A stretch of DNA of 64,000 bases from Candidatus Limnocylindrales bacterium (GTDB lineage: Bacteria; Chloroflexota; Limnocylindria; Limnocylindrales; CSP1-4). A program made the position numbers and the translations under genes. Of the stretch, positions 1 to 7,991 are shown one piece after another. Positions within the stretch are counted from its first letter, which is position 1; every line of letters starts with the position of its first letter. The DNA is taken from contig DASUKL010000052.1 in NCBI GenBank assembly GCA_036278755.1, positions 22,697-86,696 on the forward strand, in the 5' to 3' direction. The notes below the pieces were generated by a model. It saw only the letters and a program-made list of their open reading frames with translations, did no database searches and was not told the DNA's origin.

Positions 1-228
1 CTTGATGAGCGCCAACTCCACGACGTTCATCCCGATCTCGGGATCCACGACCGAGCGGAGGGCGTCGAGGATGGCCAGTTCGGTGGCCCGGGCCTCGGCG
101 TCGAAGGCCGGCCCGGGGGCGGAAGCGGCGGGCTGGGCGGTCGGGGCCGTGGGCTCAGCGGTCGGGGCGGGCGTAGCCTGGGAGGCTGCGCTGACGGTCG
201 GGTCGGCGGTGGCTTGCTGGTCGGTCAT
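1..228 (-). CDS. Fe-S cluster assembly protein, DUF59/MIP18 (SufT-like) family; truncated by window edge (start at 228, 3' end outside window)
   Basis: Reverse translation from the ATG at 226-228 gives MTDQQATADPTV...ELAILDALRSVVDPEIGMNVVELALIK. This contains the DUF59 signature V.DPEIG.N.V.LGLI. A GAGGAA SD lies 6 nt upstream on the minus strand. The + strand ORF 2..289 is an Ala/Gly artefact. Confidence 0.7.
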   Translation of the reverse strand, partial: MTDQQATADPTVSAASQATPAPTAEPTAPTAQPAASAPGPAFDAEARATELAILDALRSVVDPEIGMNVVELALIK

Positions 229-285
229 CGGGTTCCTCGCTGGCGCGTTCGGCCAAATCCTACCATCGAGGTCGGAGATCGCCGG

Positions 286-624
286 CTAGGCGGGGGCGGC
301 CTCAGGCTCAGGCTGGACGACGATCCCGCTCAGCTGGCGGAGGAAGCTCGGCAGGCGGGCCGCCTCTGCGGCGGTGAAGGCGGGGCCGGGCAGGCTGCCG
401 TCGGCGGCGAAGCAGTCGGCGTAGCGGTCGCGATGCTCGACGGCGTAGCGGAAGGCCTCGGCGATGGTCATCCGCCGCAGCTCGGGATGCTCCATGACCA
501 TGCGGGACGGGGTCAGGCCGGCGGCCCGCATCTCGAGGATGTTGCGCACGCTGAGGCGGGTGTTGTAGCAGAACGGCTCGCCGTTCATGACTAGGGGGTC
601 CACCTTGACCCACTTGACCGTCAT
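286..624 (-). CDS. DUF433 domain protein
   Basis: Internal ATG at 622-624 gives MTVKWVKVDPLVMNGEPFCYNTRLSVRNILEMRAAGLTPSRMVMEHPELRRMTIAEAFRYAVEHRD. This matches the DUF433 pattern (G.P.I.GTRI.V..IL.....G.S...IL..YP.LT..DI..AL.YA). The ATG overlaps the TGA of the upstream gene (ATGA). Confidence 0.6.
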   Translation of the reverse strand: MTVKWVKVDPLVMNGEPFCYNTRLSVRNILEMRAAGLTPSRMVMEHPELRRMTIAEAFRYAVEHRDRYADCFAADGSLPGPAFTAAEAARLPSFLRQLSGIVVQPEPEAAPA

Positions 625-1127
625 CAGATCACCGAATCGTCGAGGATGCCGGCGCCCTTGAAGGCGAAGCGCACCACGGGGTTGCCGGGGTGGTCGCCGG
701 GCAACCGGCGGTGGAACTCGAGGACCTTGACCCATGCGTCGCAGGCCGCCTGGAGGGCGGGCAGGTCGGCCGGGGCGATGACGGCCGTGGCCGCCGCCTG
801 GAGGCCGCGCAGCAGGGTGGCCTGATCCTTGGCCTGGACGTTGCGCCGACGGTAGAGCGGGATGAGCCACTCGGCGTACTCGGTCACGAAGCGATCCTGG
901 CCGGTCTCGAGGGCCCGGGCGAGCTGCTCGATGTGCCGCTCGTAGTCACGCAGTAGGTGGCGCAGCTCCAGCTCCGTGTAGCGATCGCTGAGGGTCGGGT
1001 CCTGCCTGACGGCCGCTTCGAGGGCCACGGCGCCCAGCCGGGCGGCGGCTCCACGGATGCGGGCGGCGGCTTCCGGCCGGCCGGCCGTCGGATCAGCCGG
1101 CGGCAGGCCCTGGTTGGGATGGCTCAC
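624..1127 (-). CDS. hypothetical all-alpha protein, translationally coupled to the DUF433 gene
   Basis: 167-aa ORF with GTG start at 1127. Its stop overlaps the DUF433 ATG. Composition is protein-like (DRYTELELRHLLRDYERHIEQLARALETGQDRFVTEYAEWLIPLY...). I recognise no family. Confidence 0.45.
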   Translation of the reverse strand: MSHPNQGLPPADPTAGRPEAAARIRGAAARLGAVALEAAVRQDPTLSDRYTELELRHLLRDYERHIEQLARALETGQDRFVTEYAEWLIPLYRRRNVQAKDQATLLRGLQAAATAVIAPADLPALQAACDAWVKVLEFHRRLPGDHPGNPVVRFAFKGAGILDDSVI

Positions 1128-1169
1128 GAGCCAAGTCTAGCGGCCGGTCCCGCGGGCTACAGTGGAGCC

Positions 1170-1610
1170 ATGTCCGACCCTCAGCTGTCCGGCCGAGCGG
1201 CGTCCCGACCCCGGGCCATGGCCTTCGGCCTGGGGGCGGCGGCCCTCGGGGCGGCCGGCTGGTGGCTGACGGGCGGACTGTTCGCCCTGGCCGCCGGCCT
1301 CCTCGTGGTCAGCGTGGCCCTGGGCTGGCTCGTCGGGACGGGCGTTGCCTGGGGGGCCTGGGGCGAGCGGGCCCATGCCCCAGACCGAGGCCTGCGCGGG
1401 CTGGCCGTCGGGCTGGGCCTGCTGGCCTGGCTCGTCGGCTCCTTCGCCGTCTACGTCTTCGAGTTAGCCTTCCTGCCCCAGTCGCATCTGCCGCTACTGA
1501 CCAAGATGGCCCAGCTGCCCTTCCTCGACTTCACCCTCCAGCAGTTCATGCCGTATGGGCCCTTCGAGCTGATCCTCATCGCCCTCTTCGCCTGGCGCGC
1601 GGCGCGTTAG
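1170..1610 (+). CDS. hypothetical integral membrane protein (about 4 TM helices)
   Basis: ATG at 1170 preceded by GGAG. Product MSDPQLSGRAASRPRAMAFGLGAAALGAAGWWLTGGLFALAAGLLVVSVALGWLVG...FELILIALFAWRAAR has four hydrophobic segments. Confidence 0.45.
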   Translation: MSDPQLSGRAASRPRAMAFGLGAAALGAAGWWLTGGLFALAAGLLVVSVALGWLVGTGVAWGAWGERAHAPDRGLRGLAVGLGLLAWLVGSFAVYVFELAFLPQSHLPLLTKMAQLPFLDFTLQQFMPYGPFELILIALFAWRAAR

Positions 1611-2872
1611 CCGGGCAGATCGGCCCGCAGGAGGCTCGGCGTCGTGGTCGCTCCCAGGAGGCGGCGGAAGCGGGGCACGGCGAGGGTGCGCCCGTCGAGG
1701 CCAGACCAGGCCTGGACCAGCCTGGCCCCGCCGGCGTAGCCGAAGAGGGCCGTGCCGAAGGTGCCCGCCGTGCGGGTCCGGGCCCTGGCCCGCTCTGGGT
1801 CGAGGCAGATCTCGTCCACCAGCCAGCGGACGACCTCGTCCGGCGAAGCGCCCGCCTCGTGGATGCGCAGGGCCGCATCGGCGCCCGCGGCGATGCCTCG
1901 TTCCCGGAGGCACTGGACCTGCGCGGCCGTCTCCGCGTCGGTCCCCACGCCCGCCAACCCGGCAGCCCCGGCGATATGCCGGTAGGCATCGGCCAGGAGG
2001 TCGGGCGGGAGCAGCATCTGGGTGCCGGCCACGGCCAGGCCCTCGCTCAGGTATTCCTCGGGCGTGCCGATCAGCACGATCGTGGCCTCGACCCAGCCTC
2101 GGCCCTCCACCCGTTCCGTCTCGCGGGCGGCATAGTCGAGGTGATGCCCGGCGTAGGTCTCGTGGGCCAGCGTGTCGACCAGCTCGGGCAGCTGGCGGGG
2201 CAGGTCGGCCGAGATGTCGATGCGGGTCCGCAGCCCGCCCAGGAACTCGGCCGCGCCGGCCGAACGGGCACCGGTCACGACGTGGCTCTCGACCGTCTCG
2301 CCGTCCGGCAGGGCCGCCTCGCCGATGGCCCCGGCCACCGTGTCGCGGATCCAAGGCAGGGCAGCCTCCAGGGCTGCCCCGAGCCGCCCGGGGGCGACGA
2401 TCCAGCGGGCGTCCCACTCGGCCAGCCGCCGTCGGAGCGGCCCCCGGCCCGGCACCAGCTGCTCCAGCCCGTCGCGCATCTCGACCCAGGCCTCCTCGGG
2501 CGTATCGGCTGGCTCGTCGTCGAGCGCGGCGCGGATGCGCTGGCGATAGCCCAGTGGCGCACCGGCCGCGACCCGGGCTCGGGTCTCGAGGGCCATGAGC
2601 TGGCGTTCGAGCCAGGCCGCACGATCATGTTCGGCGACCTCCTGGGGGACGCGCGAACGTAGTTCGGCGGCATCGTCCGCCAGGCGCTCAGGTGACGGCA
2701 GGGGCTCGAGCTCGGCCCGGGCCTTCAGCTCGGCCGGCCCGAAGTAGGCGTCGATGAGCCCTGGGGCGTGCTGGTCCAGGCGGAGGGCCAGGAGCAGGTA
2801 GTCACGAGCGACGGCGTCCGGCTCCGGCACGCTGCGCTCACCCCCGACCGCCGGGACACGAGCCCTGGTCAT
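1607..2872 (-). CDS. DUF885-like protein (HE..GHH motif; putative metallo-hydrolase fold)
   Basis: 421-aa product from the ATG at 2870-2872, with a purine-rich gagggggagggggg tract upstream. The motif LAHETYAGHHLDY resembles the DUF885 HE.PGHH.Q signature. Composition is non-repetitive. Confidence 0.5.
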   Translation of the reverse strand: MTRARVPAVGGERSVPEPDAVARDYLLLALRLDQHAPGLIDAYFGPAELKARAELEPLPSPERLADDAAELRSRVPQEVAEHDRAAWLERQLMALETRARVAAGAPLGYRQRIRAALDDEPADTPEEAWVEMRDGLEQLVPGRGPLRRRLAEWDARWIVAPGRLGAALEAALPWIRDTVAGAIGEAALPDGETVESHVVTGARSAGAAEFLGGLRTRIDISADLPRQLPELVDTLAHETYAGHHLDYAARETERVEGRGWVEATIVLIGTPEEYLSEGLAVAGTQMLLPPDLLADAYRHIAGAAGLAGVGTDAETAAQVQCLRERGIAAGADAALRIHEAGASPDEVVRWLVDEICLDPERARARTRTAGTFGTALFGYAGGARLVQAWSGLDGRTLAVPRFRRLLGATTTPSLLRADLPG

Positions 2873-2888
2873 GGTTCCCCCCTCCCCC

Positions 2889-3215
2889 TCAGCGGTCCTC
2901 ACCCACGAAGGGCATGCCTTGCTCGGCGACGGCCTTGAGGCTCATCCGCAGCGCCGCCGTCTTCTGTTCGGCCACCTCGCGCACGTAGGCCGCCTCCTCG
3001 TCCGGCGTCATCGATCGGCCGCGGACACGCCCTTTGGGCCGACCGACGGACAACCACGCCAGATGGTAGCGGTCCATGGGACCCCATGCCGAGGCCAGGA
3101 GGTCGTCGCTGAGCTGCAGCCAGAGGCGCAAGGCGCCCAGGCTGGGGCTGGTCTGGAGGCGCTGGCCCTCGTCGATGAGCTGGTGCGTGTGGGCGATGAG
3201 CTCGTCGCGGGTCAT
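2889..3215 (-). CDS. hypothetical protein (108 aa)
   Basis: Clean ORF: MTRDELIAHTHQLIDEGQRLQTSPSLGALRLWLQLSDDLL...AEQGMPFVGEDR. It ends 16 nt upstream of the DUF885-like start, so probably the same operon. Confidence 0.4.
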   Translation of the reverse strand: MTRDELIAHTHQLIDEGQRLQTSPSLGALRLWLQLSDDLLASAWGPMDRYHLAWLSVGRPKGRVRGRSMTPDEEAAYVREVAEQKTAALRMSLKAVAEQGMPFVGEDR

Positions 3216-3264
3216 CGGGCCTCACGGGCCATCGCGCCGTGCGGGATCATCGGACTCTCCGGGA

Positions 3265-4137
3265 TCATCGGGCGACCCGCCGGTCCTGCCAGGCGCGCCG
3301 GGTCCAGGGGCCCGGCCGGCCATCGCCCAGGGGGCGGCCCTCGAACCGGGTCACGGGCAGGACGCCGGCCACACTGCTGGACAGGAAGGCCTCGTCCGCC
3401 TCGTGCACCTCGCGGGTCGTGAGGAGCGTCTCGAGCGGCCGCAGGCCCACCTTGGCGGCCCAGGCCAGCAGCCAGCTTCGGGTCGTCCCGGCCAGGATCC
3501 CGCAGCCTAGCGAGGGCGTGGCCAGCTCCTCGCCCCGGACGAGGAAGAGGTTGGCACTCGTGGCCTCGGCCACGTAGCCGTCGAGGGTCAGGAAGAGGGC
3601 ATCGTCGGCACCCGCCCGCTGGGCCTCCAGGCGGGCGAAGACGTGATCGGCCCGGCTGACGATCTTGAGGCCGGCCAGCGGGCTCTCCGGGTCGCGACGC
3701 ACGCTGCTGACGGTGAGGCGGATGCCGCGTTCGAACCGCTCCGCGTCGGGCGGCAGGTGGGGCCAAGCCTGGACCACGATCGTCGGCCGTGCCGCCCCGG
3801 GGGCCGGCAGGATGGCGCGCTCGCGGATCGCGCCCCGGCTGACCGTGATCCTGATGGCCGCCTCCTGGTCAGGGGCAGCCAACTCGTCCGCGCGCAACAG
3901 CTCGCGGATGGCGTCCGCCAGGGTGGCCTCCAGGTCGGCCGGCAGATCGATGGCCAGCCCCTCGGCCGAGTGGCGCAGACGGACCACGTGCTCGTCCAGC
4001 TCGACGGCCTGGCCGTCCCGTGCGTGGAGCGTCTCGAAGACCCCGTCGCCGAGCTGGAAGCCGCGGTCGAAGGCGGAGAGGTGTCGTTCCTCGGCCGACC
4101 GAAGGGCGCCGTCGACCCACACATGCGTCGCTGCCAT
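3265..4137 (-). CDS. class IV aminotransferase (aminodeoxychorismate lyase / D-amino-acid or BCAT-like)
   Basis: 290 aa. FDRGFQLGDGVFETLHARDGQ...RITVSRG...ANLFLVRGEELATPSLGCGILAGTTR is the typical PLP fold type IV signature. Confidence 0.8.
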   Translation of the reverse strand: MAATHVWVDGALRSAEERHLSAFDRGFQLGDGVFETLHARDGQAVELDEHVVRLRHSAEGLAIDLPADLEATLADAIRELLRADELAAPDQEAAIRITVSRGAIRERAILPAPGAARPTIVVQAWPHLPPDAERFERGIRLTVSSVRRDPESPLAGLKIVSRADHVFARLEAQRAGADDALFLTLDGYVAEATSANLFLVRGEELATPSLGCGILAGTTRSWLLAWAAKVGLRPLETLLTTREVHEADEAFLSSSVAGVLPVTRFEGRPLGDGRPGPWTRRAWQDRRVAR

Positions 4138-4157
4138 GACGGCGACATCATCCCATC

Positions 4158-4227
4158 GCGAGCCTTCGGCCTACCTGCTAGCGAGGCTTCGGCCCACCTG
4201 CGGGCGAGGTTTCGGGCCCACCTGCGC
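4158..4227. repeat. three tandem 23-bp direct repeats in the divergent promoter region between the class IV aminotransferase and serine hydrolase genes
   Basis: gcgagccttcggcctacctgcta / gcgaggcttcggcccacctgcgg / gcgaggtttcgggcccacctgcgc. Each contains a small ggc-ttcg-gcc hairpin. Confidence 0.7.
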
Positions 4228-4256
4228 GTCCGCGGCCCGAGGGCCAAGATGGCGGC

Positions 4257-5366
4257 GTGACGAGCTTCGGCGCCCGCGGTGCGCTGCCGACGGCCGCTCT
4301 CGAACCTGCCTTCGCGGCCGTCGCCCGGCAGCTCGCGTCGACCGGCGCCAGCGCCGCGGTGTGGGCCGTGGCCGATGCCCAGGGCATCGTCCGGGCCCAG
4401 GCCTTCGGGCGACGCGGCGACCGGGTCACCCCGGAAACGCGGTTCATGATCGCCTCGATCACCAAACCGATGCTCGGCGCGGCGGTCATGCAGCTGGCCG
4501 ACGAAGGGCGCCTCGACGTCTACCGGCCGGTCCACGACCTGCTGCCCGGCTTCCACCCGCCGCCCGCGGCCCCGGGTGAGCCGGGTGGCGAGGCCATCAC
4601 CCCCTGGCACATCCTGACCCACACCTCGGGCATCCCCGAGCTGGGGGCGGCCGAGATGCTTCACGACCGGCCCTCGGCCGAACGGATCCTGGAGCGGGCC
4701 TGCACCCGCCGCCTCGAGTTCGCCCCGGGCACGCGCTACGCCTACGTCTCGGTCTCGTTCTACGTCCTGGCCGAGCTGCTCCACCGCCTCGAGGGTCGGC
4801 CCTACGCGGAGGTCCTTGGGCGCCGGGTCTTCGATCCGCTGGGCATGGCCGAGACCGGGTTCGCCGTGCCGCCCCAGCCGCGGGCCCGGGTCCACGACTT
4901 CGGGCCGCCGGCGCCGCTCAACGCGATCTACCTGCGGCTCTTCGCTCGCCGCGAGATGCCCGGCGGCGGGCTGTGGTCGAGCCTGAGCGACGTCGTCCGC
5001 TTCGGCCAGGCCTTCCTCGCCGACGCGCCGTCGCCGCTCCTCGGCGGGCCGGCCATGGCCCTCATGACGAGTGAGCAGACGCACGGCATCCCCGAGGGCG
5101 ACCCGCCGCTCGAGCCCTATTACGCCCTGGCCTGGAACAAGTCGGGCCTCCGTCCCGAGCGGCCGGGCGGGCCCGGGGTCATCGACCACGGCGCCGCGAC
5201 CGGCAGCTGCCTGTGGGTCGACCGCGACCACGGCTTCCTGATCTGCTTCCTCATGAATCGCTGGACCGCGGGGCGAACGTGGTCGCTGCCCGCGGTCCGG
5301 ACGATCTATGACGCGCTGGGCCTACCGACGGGGGCCTCCGACGCGACCGCCGCAGGCACCCGCTAG
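4257..5366 (+). CDS. serine hydrolase, beta-lactamase / PBP4-like (class C) family
   Basis: GTG start. SxxK motif in RFMIASITKPMLGAAVMQLADEGRLDV, HTSGIPE box, and YxN-like downstream. No signal peptide, so probably a cytoplasmic esterase-type enzyme. Confidence 0.75.
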   Translation: MTSFGARGALPTAALEPAFAAVARQLASTGASAAVWAVADAQGIVRAQAFGRRGDRVTPETRFMIASITKPMLGAAVMQLADEGRLDVYRPVHDLLPGFHPPPAAPGEPGGEAITPWHILTHTSGIPELGAAEMLHDRPSAERILERACTRRLEFAPGTRYAYVSVSFYVLAELLHRLEGRPYAEVLGRRVFDPLGMAETGFAVPPQPRARVHDFGPPAPLNAIYLRLFARREMPGGGLWSSLSDVVRFGQAFLADAPSPLLGGPAMALMTSEQTHGIPEGDPPLEPYYALAWNKSGLRPERPGGPGVIDHGAATGSCLWVDRDHGFLICFLMNRWTAGRTWSLPAVRTIYDALGLPTGASDATAAGTR

Positions 5367-5374
5367 GCCGAGCC

Positions 5375-6214
5375 TCAGCGCTCGATGGGCACCCCGACCA
5401 TGGAGCCCCATTCGGTCCACGAACCGTCGTAGTTGCGGACGCGGGGGTAGCCCAGCAGCTCGTGCAGGACGAACCAGCTGTGGCTCGACCGCTCGCCGAT
5501 GCGGCAGTAGGCGATGATGTCCCGATCGGGCGTCACGCCCTTGGCCTCGTAGAGCGACTTCAACTCATCGGGGCTCTTGAAGCGCCCGTCCTCGGCCACG
5601 GCCTGCGACCAGGGGACCGAGGCCGCCCCGGGGATGTGCCCGCCGCGCTGGGCCGTCTCGGACAGTCCGGGAGGGGCCAGCACCTCGCCGCTGAACTCGG
5701 CCGGCGAGCGGACGTCGACCAGGGCCAGGGTGGCGTCACCGATGCGCGGCAGGATGTCGTCGCGGAAGGCGCGCAGGGCGAAGTCGGGCTGCGAGACCGT
5801 GATCGAGCCCGCGGGGTGCGATGGCGCGTCCACGGTCAGCGGCAGGGCCTTGTCCAGCCACAGCTTGCGGCCGCCGTCGAGCAGCGAGACGTTCTCGATG
5901 CCGTGCAGCCGGAGCTGCCAGTAGGCCCAGGCGGCGAACCAGTTGCTGTTGTCGCCGTAGAGGACGATGTGGGTGTCATCGTCCACGCCGGCCGCCCGCA
6001 GGAGAGCCTGGAGGTCCTCGGTGCTGGCCAGGTCGCGGCGCAGGCCGTCGGCCAGCTGGCTCGTCCAGTCCCAGCCCACGGCGCCTGGGATGTGCCCCTG
6101 GTCGTAGGCGGTCGTGTCGACGTCCACTTCGATGAAGCGGACCTTGGGGTCGTCGAGATGCTCTCGGGCCCAATCCGCCGTGACGAGCGGCTGGGTCGCG
6201 ATCGATGTGGTCAT
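5375..6214 (-). CDS. sseA: thiosulfate / 3-mercaptopyruvate sulfurtransferase (tandem rhodanese)
   Basis: 279 aa with two rhodanese domains. Active-site CRIGERSSHSWFVL, N-terminal VRFIEVD...GHIPGAV, C-terminal WTEWGSMVGVPIER. Confidence 0.85.
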   Translation of the reverse strand: MTTSIATQPLVTADWAREHLDDPKVRFIEVDVDTTAYDQGHIPGAVGWDWTSQLADGLRRDLASTEDLQALLRAAGVDDDTHIVLYGDNSNWFAAWAYWQLRLHGIENVSLLDGGRKLWLDKALPLTVDAPSHPAGSITVSQPDFALRAFRDDILPRIGDATLALVDVRSPAEFSGEVLAPPGLSETAQRGGHIPGAASVPWSQAVAEDGRFKSPDELKSLYEAKGVTPDRDIIAYCRIGERSSHSWFVLHELLGYPRVRNYDGSWTEWGSMVGVPIER

Positions 6215-6379
6215 GGGGATCCTTCTGATGGGCGCGGCCGTGCGGGATGGGCGCGGCTGCGCAGCGGGGAGGCCGGCGCGGAGGTCAGCGGGCGACGTGG
6301 GCCCGCCAGAGACATCTACATCGACCGCCGATCCGCGGCAGGAGGTCGGTGCGGCGAGGCCGGACGGGGGGTGTGCGGG

Positions 6380-6796
6380 TCACGGTATGGCCCCCTCCTC
6401 CACGGCGAATGTGCGCAGCCGCTCGCGGCACGCACCCACCAGCCGCTCGGTCTGGCTGATCATCCAGGCGTCGACCCGGGTCGTGTCCTCGAGGGTCACC
6501 GTCTCGCCGGCGGCGTCCCGGCCGAACTCGATGCCCGACGTATTGCGGAAGTCGATCATCCAGTTGGACTGCAGCTGGACCAGCGTCTCGACCACCACGC
6601 GGCGGTCGAACGACCAGTCGACGTACTCGCTGTTGAGCCGGTCGACGATGTCCCGCAGGCGGACCGGCGTGCCGCGGGGGATGCGGGCCACGAGGTGGGC
6701 CACGCGCAGCCGGGCGAACGGATCGCCGGACTGGGCGATCTGCGGCGGCGAGATGTTCGGGTCGGGGAGACCGCTGGTCTCCCGGAGGGGCAGCAC
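6380..6796 (-). CDS. hypothetical protein (start uncertain; GTG at 6796 chosen)
   Basis: The C-terminal 120 aa are clearly protein-like (LRVAHLVARIPRGTPVRLRDIVDRLNSEYVDWSFDRRVVVETLVQLQSNWMIDFRNTSGIEFGRD...). The N-terminal part of the longer ORF (to 7030) is low-complexity P/R/S and probably not coding. Confidence 0.4.
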   Translation of the reverse strand: MLPLRETSGLPDPNISPPQIAQSGDPFARLRVAHLVARIPRGTPVRLRDIVDRLNSEYVDWSFDRRVVVETLVQLQSNWMIDFRNTSGIEFGRDAAGETVTLEDTTRVDAWMISQTERLVGACRERLRTFAVEEGAIP

Positions 6797-7010
6797 GGCT
6801 GGGGCAGGCCTCGTGGCTGAAGATGATCCTGGTCGGCCCGGCGCGCCCCTCACGGCCAAATCCGACCGGCCGGGTCGGGATGGGGCCCGACTATACCACC
6901 GGCTCCGGGCCGAGCCCGAGGAGGCCTCCGGGCCGGGGTCCGGCCAGGCCTCCGGCTGGGCCGACCGAGGACTCCGGCGCCGGCCTTCGGGCTCCGCTAG
7001 GCTCAGCGCC

Positions 7011-7532
7011 ATGGATACCTGGACCGCCATCGACTCCGTGCGGGTCGTCCGCCGCTTCGCCTCTCGACCGCTCGATGAGGCTCACCTGCGACGCATCCTC
7101 GACGCCGGCCGTCGGGCCGGCAGCTCGAAGAACCTCCAGCGCTGGGCCTTCATCTCGGTCGAGCAGCCCGATCTGCTGAGCGAGCTCGCGGGGGTAGGGC
7201 CGTACGCTGGCCATCTCGCCGGAGCCGCCGTGGCCATCGCCCTCATCACGCCCGACCCAAGGAACGCGGACAGCCCGATGTCGGTCCTGTGGGACCTGGG
7301 TCGGGCGGCCCAGAACATGGTCCTCGCAGCCTGGGAGCTGGGCGTCGGCTCCTGCCCAGCGACGGTCTATGAACATGACCTGGCCGGCCGCCTGCTGGGC
7401 TACCCGGCCGACCGGCACTGCGAGTACATCCTGTCCTTCGGCTATCCGGCCGATCCCGAGGTGCTGGGCCGGCCGAACCGGGCCGGTGGCCGGCGCCAGC
7501 TGGCCGAGATCGTCCACCAGGAGCGCTGGTGA
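7011..7532 (+). CDS. nitroreductase family protein (NAD(P)H-flavin oxidoreductase fold)
   Basis: ATG at 7011 gives MDTWTAIDSVRVVRRFASRPLDEAHLRRILDAGRRAGSSKNLQRWAFISV...AWELGVGSCPATVYEH, the typical nitroreductase fold sequence. The long ORF 6114..7532 upstream of this Met is low-complexity. Confidence 0.75.
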   Translation: MDTWTAIDSVRVVRRFASRPLDEAHLRRILDAGRRAGSSKNLQRWAFISVEQPDLLSELAGVGPYAGHLAGAAVAIALITPDPRNADSPMSVLWDLGRAAQNMVLAAWELGVGSCPATVYEHDLAGRLLGYPADRHCEYILSFGYPADPEVLGRPNRAGGRRQLAEIVHQERW

Positions 7533-7972
7533 CCCCGAGTCCCGATACGCCTGAGCCGCCGGCGCCTGGAGCCTCCGATGCGTCCGAGCTTCCCCTGAGC
7601 CCGAGCTTCGCGCCCGACCTGCTCCAGCTCCTGTCCCATGAAGCCGAGGTCGACATCGAGACCGCTGTTCCGGACGGGCCGGCCCACCGGGCCACGATCT
7701 GAATCGTCGTCAGCGGGGGAACGGCCTACGTGGCCTCCTACCACGGGCCGCGAGGGCGCTGGTACCGGGAGCTGCTGGGGCAGGGGAGCGGCGCGCTGCA
7801 CGTCGGTGGGCGGCGCGTGCCCGTGCGCGCCGTGCCGTCACCCGCAGCGGCCGACGCGGTCGTGGGCGCCTTTCAGGCGAAGTACGCGGGCGACCCGGCC
7901 CTGCCGGCCATGGCGGAGCCCGACGTGCTGGCCACGATCCTGCGCCTCGAGCCGCTCGAAGCCGCGCCGTGA
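7529..7972 (+). pseudogene. DUF385 / Ddn-like (deazaflavin F420-dependent nitroreductase family) gene interrupted by an in-frame TGA at 7700-7702
   Basis: Same frame on both sides of the TGA. After the stop: IVVSGGTAYVASYHGPRGRWYRELLGQGS...VVGAFQAKYAGDP...DVLATILRLEPLE. This matches the Ddn family C-terminus (ASKGGA..HP.WY.NL...A.YW...YP.Y...T.R.IPVV.LEP). Before the stop, AVPDGPAHRATI resembles TTGRKSGQPRTTPL. GTG at 7529 overlaps the nitroreductase TGA (GTGA). A truncated 80-aa product from GTG 7730 is the alternative. Confidence 0.4.
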
Positions 7973-7991
7973 GCCCGGAGGCGGCGGCGAG

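Noticed and set aside
2-289. Plus-strand 95-aa ORF at the window start
   Set aside because: Ala/Gly/Ser low-complexity. The opposite strand encodes a clear DUF59 protein with RBS and the conserved VVDPEIGMNVVELALIK motif.
5462-6820. 452-aa plus-strand ORF
   Set aside because: Antisense to the rhodanese gene and the hypothetical at 6380-6796. Arg/Gly/Pro/Ala-rich composition is typical of high-GC antisense artefacts.
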